This document shows positions 54,036 through 63,635 of a stretch of 64,000 nucleotides of DNA, piece by piece. The notes under the pieces were generated by a model. That model made no database searches. It was not told the DNA's origin and was given only the letters and a program-made list of their open reading frames with translations. The stretch comes from Candidatus Jorgensenbacteria bacterium (GTDB lineage Bacteria; Patescibacteriota; Minisyncoccia; UBA6257; GWB1-50-10): assembly GCA_030648515.1 (NCBI GenBank), contig JAUSHK010000005.1, forward strand, positions 48,383 through 112,382. The letters run 5' to 3'. Every line of letters starts with the position of its first letter. Within the stretch, counting starts at the first letter, position 1. Both the position numbers and the translations under genes were made by a program.

Positions 54036-54713
54036 TTAGGATTTCTTGCTATTTTTAAAAATTTCTCCCTTATAAATCCAGACTTTGACGCCAACCGTTC
54101 CGTACGAATTAAATGCTGTCGCGGTTCCATAATCAACATTCGCGCGCAATGTCTGAAGCGGCATGCTTCCATTTGCAAGAAAATCTCTCCGTGAAATTTC
54201 CGCTCCGTTTAGCCGTCCTGATAATTTTATTTTTGCCCCTTTTACTTCGCGATTTTGCATAACGCTTTCAAGATACCGCTTCATAATACGACGGTACGGC
54301 TGGCGCTTTTCAATATCAAAGGCGATGTTTTGCGCGACAACGGGCGCCGAGATTTCCGAGCGTTTCAGTTCTTCTATCGTGAGGTTCAGTGAGAATTTCG
54401 GCTTCACGGAATTTTTCTTTCGTAGTTTTGCTATTGCAGTAGCGAGCCCGGTTTTAAGCTCTTCTATCCCCTTGCCGCCGCGTCCTATAATTAAACCCGG
54501 CTTACTTGCCTGAATCGTCACGCGTATCGCGTCTCCCATGCGTTCAATAGCAATTCCGGCGATTCCCGCCTGAAGGATTTTCTTCTCAATAAATTTGCGT
54601 ATGTCGTGGTCTTCTTCTATGAAATACCGCGTAGACTTTTTCCAAAACCACCGGCTGACCCACGGAATCGTGACGCCTAATCTATGTGTAATTGGGTTGA
54701 TTTTCTGTGCCAT
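54036..54713 (-). CDS. rpsC: 30S ribosomal protein S3
   Basis: MAQKINPITHRLGV ... KH domain ... GAKIKLSGRLNGAEISR. Confidence 0.9.
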   Translation of the reverse strand: MAQKINPITHRLGVTIPWVSRWFWKKSTRYFIEEDHDIRKFIEKKILQAGIAGIAIERMGDAIRVTIQASKPGLIIGRGGKGIEELKTGLATAIAKLRKKNSVKPKFSLNLTIEELKRSEISAPVVAQNIAFDIEKRQPYRRIMKRYLESVMQNREVKGAKIKLSGRLNGAEISRRDFLANGSMPLQTLRANVDYGTATAFNSYGTVGVKVWIYKGEIFKNSKKS

Positions 54714-54718
54714 ATGTA

Positions 54719-55267
54719 TTAAACAGCTTTTCTCCTAAAGACCTTCGGTAGAAATCCCTTTTTCTCGACTGGTTTTTCAGACGCCGATTTTGCTTCTGGC
54801 TCCGCATGTTCATGCGCGTGCTTTTCGCCCTTCTTCATATGTTTTGCGTCTTCCGTAAGCTTCTTTTCTTTTTTGCCGTGAATAACAAATCTCTCGCCAG
54901 CCTTGCCTTCTGCAATTGATACGCCCTCGCGCACCGCAATTACAAGACTAACATGACTTGTTTTCTTTTCTATGCGAGCACCTCCGCCGCGCGCGCGCGG
55001 TGTCCACCTGCGGAGTTTTGGCCCCTGGTCAACGCGAATTTCTTTTACGTACATAGTCCCAGGATCAAGCTTCATAGTATTCTTAGCATTTGCAACCGCA
55101 CTCCTTAAAAGTTTCAAAATCGGAATACCGGCTCGCTTTGCGAGCGAAAGGAGGCGAGCCTCCGCTTCATTTATAGAAAGGTTCTTAATAACGTTCGCCG
55201 CAAGTCGCGTTTTTCGCGGGGCAATCCGTAGGTATTTAAGTTGTGCTGTTGCAAATTTCTGTTCCAT
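54719..55267 (-). CDS. rplV: 50S ribosomal protein L22 with basic C-terminal extension
   Basis: LRIAPRKTRLAANVIKNLSINEAEARL ... VKEIRVDQGPKLRRWTPRARGGGARIEKKTSHV. Confidence 0.85.
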   Translation of the reverse strand: MEQKFATAQLKYLRIAPRKTRLAANVIKNLSINEAEARLLSLAKRAGIPILKLLRSAVANAKNTMKLDPGTMYVKEIRVDQGPKLRRWTPRARGGGARIEKKTSHVSLVIAVREGVSIAEGKAGERFVIHGKKEKKLTEDAKHMKKGEKHAHEHAEPEAKSASEKPVEKKGFLPKVFRRKAV

Positions 55268-55272
55268 AATAA

Positions 55273-55596
55273 TTATTTCTTAGCACCTGCTGCGGCCGGC
55301 TGGGCCGCCTCGGTTGCGCCTTTTTCAATATCTTTTTGAATCTTTCCGCCGTGCTTAATGAATTTCCGCGTCGGTGAAAATTCTCCAAGCTTATGGCCAA
55401 CCATATCTTCATTAATTCTGACTTCAATGAAATTTTTTCCGTTATGAATCGCGAAAACAAAACCAACCATCTCAGGAGAGATTTCAGAATCCCGCGACCA
55501 TGTTTTAATCGGCGTCAGGTCCCCTTGCTTCATTTTGCCCATCTTTTCCACAAGCTTCGGGTCAACCCACGGTCCTTTTTTTGATGATCTGCTCAT
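55273..55596 (-). CDS. rpsS: 30S ribosomal protein S19
   Basis: [11 protein letters not shown] ... [30 protein letters not shown] ... [15 protein letters not shown]. Confidence 0.9.
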   Translation of the reverse strand: MSRSSKKGPWVDPKLVEKMGKMKQGDLTPIKTWSRDSEISPEMVGFVFAIHNGKNFIEVRINEDMVGHKLGEFSPTRKFIKHGGKIQKDIEKGATEAAQPAAAGAKK

Positions 55597-55642
55597 AATA
55601 AATCAGGTTGGTAGTATATCCTGTTAGAAGGCTTTGGACAAG

Positions 55643-56470
55643 TTATTTCCTCCGCTCTACGACGAATTTACCCGACCATTTTTTCTTATTGCGTGTTTTG
55701 TGTCCGCCGGTAATCTTGCCCCATTTCGTTTTTGGACGGCGCGTGCCGCGCTGCGTGCGTCCTTCACCGCCTCCGTACGGATGGTCGCGCGGATTCATAA
55801 CCTTGCCGCGGACGGTCGGCCTTATGCCGAGCCATCTCGAGCGTCCTGCTTTTCCTATTACAACCAGGTTATGCTCCGGATTTGAGACTTGTCCGATTGA
55901 GGCATAGCACTCCCATGAAACTTTCCTGATTTCTCCCGATGACATTTTGAGATGCGTGTAGCCGTCTTCATTCGCTAGAATCTGAACCGAAACTCCTGCC
56001 GAGCGAGCAATCTTCGCTCCTCCGCGCGGATGAATTTCTATTGAATGCACGAATGTTCCGACCGGAATTCTTTTTAATTTCGTGCGATTTCCGGTTGTAA
56101 ACGCCGCATCGTCGGATGTGATAATAGCATCACCAACCTTAAGCCCGTTCGGAGCCAAAATATACCGGCGTTCTCCGTCGTGATAAACAACGAGCGCGAT
56201 GAACGCGGTGCGATACGGATCATATTCAATGGATTCAACGCGTGCCGGAACGCCGATTTTCATCTGCATAAAATCAACATCGCGGTACAGCGTTTTATTG
56301 CCTCCGCCCTGATGCCGCACAGTGATTCTTCCCTGGGTGTTGCGTCCGGCATGCTTTTTAATCCGCCATGTGAGCTGTTTTTGCGGTTTCGCGCGCGTAA
56401 GCGTGCTGTAATCAGTAACGCTGTAATGGCGCCTTGAAGGAGACGTCGGCTTGTATTGTTTGATTGGCAT
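55643..56470 (-). CDS. rplB: 50S ribosomal protein L2
   Basis: PIKQYKPTSPSRR ... GGGNKTLYRDVDF ... HPYGGGEGR. Confidence 0.9.
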   Translation of the reverse strand: MPIKQYKPTSPSRRHYSVTDYSTLTRAKPQKQLTWRIKKHAGRNTQGRITVRHQGGGNKTLYRDVDFMQMKIGVPARVESIEYDPYRTAFIALVVYHDGERRYILAPNGLKVGDAIITSDDAAFTTGNRTKLKRIPVGTFVHSIEIHPRGGAKIARSAGVSVQILANEDGYTHLKMSSGEIRKVSWECYASIGQVSNPEHNLVVIGKAGRSRWLGIRPTVRGKVMNPRDHPYGGGEGRTQRGTRRPKTKWGKITGGHKTRNKKKWSGKFVVERRK

Positions 56471-56471
56471 A

Positions 56472-56846
56472 TTAGTTTTCTATTTTTTGGCCGGCAGCGA
56501 GTGTGACGATTGCCTTTTTTATAATCGGTTTTTTTCCCGCTTTTCCCCTCCAGTGCGTTTCTCTCCCTTTCTTTATAACTGTATTTACGGAACTGACTTT
56601 AACGCCGTATCGCTCCTGGATTTCTTTTTTGATTTCCGGCTTTTTCGCATTCCTCGTAACCAAAAACACGTATCTGCCATTAGCTTCGTCTTGCGCCGCT
56701 TTTTCACTGATATGCGGCTTAAGAATTATGCTTTTTGTGATTCGTGAGCGCGTTCCAGAAACCGACGCTATTGGCGCCTGTTTTTTTACCGCATCAACCG
56801 GCTGGTTTTCTTTCTCTTTTGGTTTGTTTTTTGTAAAAATACTCAT
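56472..56846 (-). CDS. rplW: 50S ribosomal protein L23 (N-terminally extended)
   Basis: SIILKPHISEKAAQDEANGRYVFLVTRNAKKPEIKKEIQERYGVKVSSVNT. Confidence 0.85.
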   Translation of the reverse strand: MSIFTKNKPKEKENQPVDAVKKQAPIASVSGTRSRITKSIILKPHISEKAAQDEANGRYVFLVTRNAKKPEIKKEIQERYGVKVSSVNTVIKKGRETHWRGKAGKKPIIKKAIVTLAAGQKIEN

Positions 56847-56850
56847 GGGA

Positions 56851-57486
56851 TTATTTATTCAATCGCGACTGCACTGGAATTTCGTTTAACGCATTTTTCT
56901 CAAGAATAACGAATTTATGCGATGCGCAGTCATACACATTTAAATTCGGCGCTTGAAGCACGGCTACCTGCGGGATATTCCTTCCAGCGCGTGAAAAGAG
57001 CGCGTGCTCTTTTGCCGGGACAAACAGAACGCTAGTGCTCTTGCCGATAAGTTGTTTAACTACATGCGCGGCAAGTTTTGTTTTGTACGCTTGAAGTGAA
57101 AGGTCGTCAATAATTTTTACTTCTCCGTCTTTGAGCTTCCTTGAAAGGAGCGAGGAGAGAGCGACTTCGCGCATCTTCTTATTAATCTTCTTTATAAAAT
57201 TGCGTTCCTTAGTCGGTCCGAATGTCACGCCGCCTCCTTTCCATAATGGCGAACGCGAAGAACCTTGCCGGGAACGGCCCGTATGCTTCTGCGCATACGG
57301 CTTTTTACCTCCACCGCTTACGTCTCCGCGCCCTTTTGTGTGCGCGAGCGGTTGCCTGCGATTTGAAAGTTGCGCAAGAATAACCTGGTTCACAAGATCA
57401 GGATTCCACTTTTGAGAAAATACAGCATCTCTTAGTTCAACTGTTCCGATTTTCTCGTTTTCTTTGTTGTAGAGATCAGTGATCAT
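56851..57486 (-). CDS. rplD: 50S ribosomal protein L4
   Basis: HTKGRGDVSGGGKKPYAQKHTGRSRQGSSRSPLWKGGGVTFGP. Confidence 0.9.
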   Translation of the reverse strand: MITDLYNKENEKIGTVELRDAVFSQKWNPDLVNQVILAQLSNRRQPLAHTKGRGDVSGGGKKPYAQKHTGRSRQGSSRSPLWKGGGVTFGPTKERNFIKKINKKMREVALSSLLSRKLKDGEVKIIDDLSLQAYKTKLAAHVVKQLIGKSTSVLFVPAKEHALFSRAGRNIPQVAVLQAPNLNVYDCASHKFVILEKNALNEIPVQSRLNK

Positions 57487-57525
57487 AGTGATAGTAAATA
57501 GTAATTTGTAATTAGATATTAGAAA

Positions 57526-57957
57526 TTACTTTCGGATTTCAATTTTCGTTCCGCGCATACCCGGTACGGCGCCGCGCACCATAATAAGGCGTTCCTCCGG
57601 CACCATTCTGGCAATCTTTAAATTTCTCACCGTTACGCGCTTTGCGCCCATGCGCCCAGCCATCTTTCTTCCTTTAATAACGCGCTGCGGAGCCGTCGGA
57701 CCCAAAGATCCCGGGGCGCGAAGCCTGTCCTTTTGGCCGTGACTCTTAGGACCTCCGTGGAAACCGTGCCTTTTTACAACGCCCTGAAACCCCTTACCAT
57801 GCGAAATGCCGGAGACACGAACCATATCCCCGGCTTTTAGTTTTTCTATTTCTCCTGATTCTATTTTGGGAGCAAACTCAAGAACCGTCACAGGAACGAC
57901 GGTCTCTCCATCCCAGATCTGGGTCATATGTTTTTTTGTAGCAATGATTTTTTCCAT
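57526..57957 (-). CDS. rplC: 50S ribosomal protein L3 (compact 143-aa form lacking the usual central region)
   Basis: KKHMTQIWDGETVVPVTVLE ... ISHGKGFQGVVKRHGFHGGPKSHGQKDRLRAPGSLG. Confidence 0.85.
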   Translation of the reverse strand: MEKIIATKKHMTQIWDGETVVPVTVLEFAPKIESGEIEKLKAGDMVRVSGISHGKGFQGVVKRHGFHGGPKSHGQKDRLRAPGSLGPTAPQRVIKGRKMAGRMGAKRVTVRNLKIARMVPEERLIMVRGAVPGMRGTKIEIRK

Positions 57958-58011
57958 ACAAAACTATATACACATGCCGCGTACGTGGCATTATCTAGGA
58001 CAAACTCACCT

Positions 58012-58044
58012 GATATGAAAACGGCAGGGGCAAGCCCTGTCGTT
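58012..58044 (-). promoter_or_regulatory. Hairpin plus U-run between rpsJ and rplC (possible intra-operon attenuator/terminator)
   Basis: Minus strand: AACGACAGGGCTTGCCCCTGCCGTTTTCATATC. 9-bp imperfect stem followed by UUUUC. Confidence 0.3.
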
Positions 58045-58084
58045 TTCCTTAGACTTAGATAGGCTAAACCCGTTATGGGGTATG

Positions 58085-58417
58085 TTAGCTCATCTTAATT
58101 TCCACGTCAACACCCGCGGGAAGGTTCAAATCCGTCAGCGATTCAATGATTTTCTGCTGAGGATTTAGAACGTCAATCATGCGCTTATGCACGCGAATCT
58201 CAAACTGGTCGCGGGATTTCTTGTGTACAAACGTCGAGCGGTTTACCGTGTACTTTTTGAACTCGGTCGGTAGCGGGATTGGGCCGACAATCTGCCCGCC
58301 CTGCCGCTTTATGGCTTCAATTATCTGATGGACTGAACTATCAATAAGCTTCGCATCGTATGACTTTATGCGGAGGCGGAGCTTTTCGCGCGGAAGTTCT
58401 GCTTCTTTTTTTGCCAT
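58085..58417 (-). CDS. rpsJ: 30S ribosomal protein S10
   Basis: LRIKSYDAKLIDSSVHQIIEAIKRQGGQIVGPIPLPT ... RSTFVHKKSRDQFEIRVHKRMIDV. Confidence 0.9.
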   Translation of the reverse strand: MAKKEAELPREKLRLRIKSYDAKLIDSSVHQIIEAIKRQGGQIVGPIPLPTEFKKYTVNRSTFVHKKSRDQFEIRVHKRMIDVLNPQQKIIESLTDLNLPAGVDVEIKMS

Positions 58418-58468
58418 GATTATTGTTAATATTTCAACCGAGTTTCAAAGAGCGGCATTCGAAAAACT

Positions 58469-59668
58469 TTACTTCAGTATTTTTGTGACCGCGCCCGCTC
58501 CAACCGTCTTGCCTCCTTCGCGGATAGCGAACCGCTGTTTCTCTTCAAGCGCTACTGGCGCCATAAGTTTTACAGTAATGCTAACCGTATCGCCAGGCAT
58601 AACCATCTCAGTTCCCTCCTTGAGGATAACTTCTCCGGTAACATCCGTGGTTCTGATATAGAACTGCGGCTTGTATCCCTTGAAGAACGGCGTGTGCCTT
58701 CCTCCTTCTTCTTTTGAGAGCACGTAGATTTCTGCTTCAAATTCAGAATGCGGCGTGATGCTGCCTGTCTTTGCGATAACCTGGCCGCGTTCCACGTCTT
58801 CTTTCTTAAGTCCGCGGAGAAGGATTCCGACGTTGTCGCCGGCGCGTCCTTCATCAAGCGTTTTCTGAAACATTTCAATGCCAGTTACCACCGTCTTCTG
58901 CGTCGGCTTCAAACCGACAACTTCAACTTCCTCGTTTACCTTAATGACACCGCGTTCCGCACGGCCAGTTACCACCGTACCGCGCCCTTCAATTGAAAAG
59001 ATGTCTTCAATCGGCATAAGGAACGGCTTATCGGTTTCACGAACCGGATCAGGAATGTAAGCATCCAAAGCATCAACAAGATCCAAGATCGGTTTTACTG
59101 CCGGGTCTTCCAATGTCTTCGCTTCAAGCGCTTTTAGCGCCGAACCGCGAATGACTGGAGTTGCGTCGCCATCAAAGTGATACTTCTTAAGAAGCTCGCG
59201 CACTTCTGACTCCACGAGATCGACGAGCTCTTTATCGTCAACCATATCAACCTTGTTCAAGAAAACCACAATCTTCGGAACACCAACCTGGTATGCCAAA
59301 AGAATGTGTTCGCGCGTCTGAGGCATTGGGCCGTCAGTTGCAGCAACTACAAGCACCGCGCCGTCCATCTGAGCCGCGCCGGTAATCATGTTTTTGATGT
59401 AGTCCGCGTGTCCTGGGGCATCAATGTGCGCGTAGTGGCGCTTCGCTGTTTCATATTCAGAGTGATGAAGGGCGATAGTAATACCGCGCGCCTTCTCTTC
59501 GGGAGCATTGTCAATCATATCGACTGACTCTTCCTTCTTTGCAAAGCCTTTCATGTGGAGAACATGCGTGATGGCGGCCGTAAGGGTCGTCTTTCCGTGG
59601 TCAACGTGTCCAATCGTGCCGACGTTTACGTGCGGCTTTGTTCGCTGAAATTTTTCTTTTTCTGCCAT
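58469..59668 (-). CDS. tuf: Translation elongation factor Tu
   Basis: [29 protein letters not shown]. 399 aa. Confidence 0.95.
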   Translation of the reverse strand: MAEKEKFQRTKPHVNVGTIGHVDHGKTTLTAAITHVLHMKGFAKKEESVDMIDNAPEEKARGITIALHHSEYETAKRHYAHIDAPGHADYIKNMITGAAQMDGAVLVVAATDGPMPQTREHILLAYQVGVPKIVVFLNKVDMVDDKELVDLVESEVRELLKKYHFDGDATPVIRGSALKALEAKTLEDPAVKPILDLVDALDAYIPDPVRETDKPFLMPIEDIFSIEGRGTVVTGRAERGVIKVNEEVEVVGLKPTQKTVVTGIEMFQKTLDEGRAGDNVGILLRGLKKEDVERGQVIAKTGSITPHSEFEAEIYVLSKEEGGRHTPFFKGYKPQFYIRTTDVTGEVILKEGTEMVMPGDTVSITVKLMAPVALEEKQRFAIREGGKTVGAGAVTKILK

Positions 59669-59819
59669 AATTTTGGTTAATGTATATTAATGTATTTTTC
59701 GACCTATATAGTACCAGTTATAATAACAAGAGTGATTGTATCCCTTACGCCCTAATTGTCAAGCCATTGCTTTAAAAAACAACGCGGCGCGTTCGCCTAC
59801 TCTTTCAGTATATCATACT

Positions 59820-61928
59820 TTATTTCTTTCTGCCCTCAACTATCTGCTGGGTGATGCTTCCCGGGACCTCGTCATAATGCGAGAACTCCATATTGAAATT
59901 GCCGCGCCCCTGCGTAATTGAACGGAGATTCGTGACATATCCGAACATTTCGGCCATCGGCACGGTTGAATTTACAATTCTTAAATTGCCGCGTTCTCCC
60001 ATGTCGGTTATTTTCGCGCGCCGCGAGCTGAGGTCGCCGGTTATGTCTCCCAAAAATTCCGCCGGCGCTATTGTCTGCACTTTCATGACTGGTTCAAGTA
60101 AAACCAATTTTGCCTGCCGCGCCGCTTCCTGAAGCGCCATTGATGCGGCGATTTTGAAAGCAAACTCAGACGAGTCAACTTCGTGGTACGAGCCGTCAAA
60201 CAGCGTAACTTTCAAATCAACGAGTTTGTAGCCAGCGAGAACGCCCTTATCCAGCGCTTCCTCAACGCCTTTTTCAATAGGCGAGATAAATTCGCGCGGA
60301 ATTGCACCTCCCTTAATCGCGTCAACAAACTCAAATCCTTTTCCGCGTTCAAGCGGTTCAATCTTAAGCCACACGTGCCCGTATTGTCCTTTTCCGCCGG
60401 ACTGCCGGATGTACTTACCCTCCGCTTCGGCTTTGCCTTTAATCGTTTCCTTATAAGCAACCTGCGGGCGTCCTACGTTCGCTTCAACGCCGAATTCGCG
60501 CTTCATGCGTTCCACAATGACTTCAAGGTGAAGTTCGCCCATGCCACCGATGATCGTTTCGCCGGTTTCTATGTCGCCGCTCACACGAAACGTCGGGTCT
60601 TCATCAGAAAGCCTATGAAGCGCAAGTCCCATTTTTTCCTGGTCGGCTTTTGTCTTCGGCTCAATACGAATTGAAATGACCGGTTCAGGGAAAACAATGC
60701 TTTCAAGAATAATCGGATGCTCCGGATCAGCAAGCGTGTCGCCCGTTGTCGTATCTTTCAATCCAACAATCGCGCATAGGTCGCCGGCGTAAATTTCTTC
60801 CGCCTCTTCGCGATGGTTTGCATGCATAAGAACCACGCGCCCAATGCGTTCCTGCGTATTCTTTTTAACATTTAAAACATAGCTGCCGCGCTTCAAAATA
60901 CCCGAGTACACGCGAACATATGTGAGTGCGCCCACAAACGGGTCCGCGGCGATTTTAAACGCGAGGCCAGAGAACGGCTCATTGTCATCGGGGTGCCGTT
61001 CCTCTTCAGTATTTGTTTTGGGATTTGTGCCCTTGACCGGCGGAAGGTCTATCGGGGACGGGAGATAATCAGCAACCGCGTCCAACATAAATTGCACGCC
61101 CTTGTTCTTTAGAGCCGAGCCGCAGAGAATCGGAACGAGCTTGACCGCAAGCGTCGCTTTGCGAAGCGCTTTTTTTAAATCTTCAAGTGGGATTTCTTTT
61201 CCTTCAAGATAGATGCCTATGAGAGCATCGTCGGTTTCAGCGATTTTTTCAATAAGGTCTTTTCGTTTCTCGGCAACAAGTTTTTTCATATTTTCCGGTA
61301 TGGGAATTTCCGTAATGCGTTCGCCGTGTTCACCTTCAAAGCGATACGCTTTTTCTTCAAGAAGATTTACCACACCCTCAAAATGCTCCTCGGCGCCTAT
61401 CGGGAGCTGAAGCACAATCGCGTTCGGCGTAAGCCGTTCGTGGATGGACTCAACGTCTTTTTCAAAATTCGCGCCCATGCGATCAAGTTTGTTGATGAAA
61501 CAAACGCGCGGCACGCCGAACTCATCCGCATACCGCCAGTTCGTTTCCGACTGAGGTTCAACGCCTGCTACTCCGTCAAAAATAACAACTGCTCCGTCAA
61601 GCACGCGAAGCGAGCGTTTTACCTCAACTGTAAAGTCAATATGTCCCGGCGTATCAATTAGGTTAATGCGGTATTCATTTGTCTTCTTATTCTCTTTTGT
61701 GTACGTCGGAGTCCAAAAACACGTTGTCGCGGCTGATGTGATTGTAATGCCGCGCTCGCGCTCTTGTTCCATCCAGTCCATAACCGTGTCGCCCTCGTGC
61801 ACCTCGCCGATTTTATGGGAAATTCCGGTATAAAATAAAACGCGCTCTGATACCGTTGTTTTGCCGGCATCAATGTGCGCAATAATACCAATGTCCCTAA
61901 CTTTTTGAATCGGGTATTGCCGCGGCAT
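59820..61928 (-). CDS. fusA: Translation elongation factor G
   Basis: [22 protein letters not shown]; five-domain length of 702 aa. Confidence 0.95.
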   Translation of the reverse strand: MPRQYPIQKVRDIGIIAHIDAGKTTVSERVLFYTGISHKIGEVHEGDTVMDWMEQERERGITITSAATTCFWTPTYTKENKKTNEYRINLIDTPGHIDFTVEVKRSLRVLDGAVVIFDGVAGVEPQSETNWRYADEFGVPRVCFINKLDRMGANFEKDVESIHERLTPNAIVLQLPIGAEEHFEGVVNLLEEKAYRFEGEHGERITEIPIPENMKKLVAEKRKDLIEKIAETDDALIGIYLEGKEIPLEDLKKALRKATLAVKLVPILCGSALKNKGVQFMLDAVADYLPSPIDLPPVKGTNPKTNTEEERHPDDNEPFSGLAFKIAADPFVGALTYVRVYSGILKRGSYVLNVKKNTQERIGRVVLMHANHREEAEEIYAGDLCAIVGLKDTTTGDTLADPEHPIILESIVFPEPVISIRIEPKTKADQEKMGLALHRLSDEDPTFRVSGDIETGETIIGGMGELHLEVIVERMKREFGVEANVGRPQVAYKETIKGKAEAEGKYIRQSGGKGQYGHVWLKIEPLERGKGFEFVDAIKGGAIPREFISPIEKGVEEALDKGVLAGYKLVDLKVTLFDGSYHEVDSSEFAFKIAASMALQEAARQAKLVLLEPVMKVQTIAPAEFLGDITGDLSSRRAKITDMGERGNLRIVNSTVPMAEMFGYVTNLRSITQGRGNFNMEFSHYDEVPGSITQQIVEGRKK

Positions 61929-61934
61929 ATAGCT

Positions 61935-62423
61935 TTATTGCCGAACTGTTGGCTTTCTCAAAAGCGACGCGAAAGCGCGGTTCGCTTCGGCCATGCGGTG
62001 CATGTCCTGCTTTTTCTTGATAGCTATGCCTTCGTTCTTTGAGGCGGCGATGATTTCATCGGCAAGTTTTTCCGCCATCGGTTTCCCCTTCTTTCCGCGC
62101 GCGGCTTGGATAAGCCAGTGCGTCGCAAGGAAGAATTTCCGTTCCGGCCTGATTTCGCGCGGAATCTGGTAATTTGCTCCGCCGATACGCTGAGAGACAA
62201 CCTCAAGCATCGGGGTGGCATTTTCTATCGCTTTTTCAAAAATAGAAACTGGGTCTTGTTTCGTGACTTCCTGAAGTTTTTCCATCGCGCCGTAAAACAC
62301 AAATTCCGCGCGGGTCTTTTTTCCGCCAGTCATTAAATAATTAATGAAACGCGCAATATCCACGCGTGTGAATTTGTGGTCGCTATCGTGGTCTCTTTTT
62401 TTATAATATCCTTTCTTACGCAT
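61935..62423 (-). CDS. rpsG: 30S ribosomal protein S7
   Basis: LMTGGKKTRAEFVFYGAMEKL ... ATPMLEVVSQRIGGANYQIP ... HWLIQAARGKKGKPMAEKLADEI. Confidence 0.9.
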   Translation of the reverse strand: MRKKGYYKKRDHDSDHKFTRVDIARFINYLMTGGKKTRAEFVFYGAMEKLQEVTKQDPVSIFEKAIENATPMLEVVSQRIGGANYQIPREIRPERKFFLATHWLIQAARGKKGKPMAEKLADEIIAASKNEGIAIKKKQDMHRMAEANRAFASLLRKPTVRQ

Positions 62424-62436
62424 AAAATATGTTCGT

Positions 62437-62853
62437 CTACTTTTTTACGTGCTTTGCGCCGTATTTGCTTCTTTGCTGTTTTCTGTCTTTTACGCCTTCC
62501 GTATCAAGAACGCCGCGAACGATGTGGTACCGAACGCCCGGCAAGTCCTTTACGCGGCCGCCGCGAATTACCACCACAGAGTGTTCCTGAAGATTGTGCC
62601 CCTCACCTGGAATGTACGCCGTGACTTCCATGCCGTTTGTGAGGCGGACGCGGGCGACTTTCCGAAGCGCTGAGTTCGGCTTCTTTGGAGTCGTGGTAAA
62701 CACTTTAACACATACTCCGCGCTTAAATGGCGACGATGAATCCACTGGCCTATTTTTGAGATAGTTAAAATAAAAACCAAGCCCCGGCGTCTTGTCTTTC
62801 GGTTTGCCGGTCCTTCGTTTGTGTTTTTTGAGTAATTGATTGATTGTCGGCAT
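62437..62853 (-). CDS. rpsL: 30S ribosomal protein S12
   Basis: [14 protein letters not shown] ... [18 protein letters not shown] ... [36 protein letters not shown]. Confidence 0.95.
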   Translation of the reverse strand: MPTINQLLKKHKRRTGKPKDKTPGLGFYFNYLKNRPVDSSSPFKRGVCVKVFTTTPKKPNSALRKVARVRLTNGMEVTAYIPGEGHNLQEHSVVVIRGGRVKDLPGVRYHIVRGVLDTEGVKDRKQQRSKYGAKHVKK

Positions 62854-62905
62854 ATGTGAAAAACAGTTAGTAGTTGGTAGTGAGTAGTTTGTAGTGAGTT
62901 ACCTC

Positions 62906-62927
62906 TGATTCATTCAAAAACGCCAAC
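62906..62927 (-). terminator. Rho-independent terminator after the site-2 protease gene, upstream of the rpsL leader
   Basis: Minus strand: CGCCAA-ACGG-TTGGCG followed by TTTTTG. Confidence 0.5.
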
Positions 62928-63011
62928 CGTTTGGCGATGTATGTGTATATAGTAACCGACCTGCCTAAGAAGTCAAGATAATGGCCGTAGAATAAAAAAA
63001 TCGTTTGATTC

Positions 63012-63611
63012 CTACCCCATTCCGCCCATGAGGATGCGGTAAATAAAAAAGATTATGAAATCAATGACGCGCGAGCCGAGGAAGATGATGATGAGCAGAA
63101 AAATGAATCCCTGGCGTTCAAACATGGCATACCATGCGTCGGTCCGCGGAGAATGCGGGAGTACTGCATAGAGAATTTTTGAGCCGTCGAGTGGCGGAAT
63201 TGGAAGCGCGTTAAAAATCGCAAGTGCGATATTTACCTGAATAACCATAAGGAAAAGCGGAGAGGCGGAAACAACGCGATAGAGAAAAATAAAAACGAGC
63301 GCGATGATGAAGTTGCTTGCCGGGCCTGCGAGCGCGACGAGCCCTTCATCGCGCCGTGGATTCTTTAGATTCCGCGGATCAAACGGAACTGGCTTTGCCC
63401 AACCGAAAATGACTCCACCAGCGAGAGCAAGAAATCCGGGGACTAAAAAGGAACCTACAAGATCTAAATGTTTTATTGGATTGAGCGTCAAGCGCCCCGC
63501 CCTGCGCGCGGTGTCGTCTCCTAAATGTTCCGCCATATACCCGTGTGACACTTCATGAATTACAACGGAAAATAATAAAATCACTAGGGCAAATACAAAC
63601 GTCATATCCAT
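63012..63611 (-). CDS. Site-2 protease family zinc metalloprotease (peptidase M50, small SpoIVFB-like form)
   Basis: HEVSHG (HExxH) in TM1. Downstream NALPIPPLDGSK (LDG motif). 5-6 TM helices. Confidence 0.75.
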   Translation of the reverse strand: MDMTFVFALVILLFSVVIHEVSHGYMAEHLGDDTARRAGRLTLNPIKHLDLVGSFLVPGFLALAGGVIFGWAKPVPFDPRNLKNPRRDEGLVALAGPASNFIIALVFIFLYRVVSASPLFLMVIQVNIALAIFNALPIPPLDGSKILYAVLPHSPRTDAWYAMFERQGFIFLLIIIFLGSRVIDFIIFFIYRILMGGMG

Positions 63612-63635
63612 ATTTTTATGATATACTAGTTTGTA

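Noticed and set aside
57958-58084. 127-nt gap between rpsJ and rplC, checked for a tRNA or other structured RNA gene
   Set aside because: No cloverleaf could be folded. Only a single hairpin plus U-run, reported instead as a possible attenuator.
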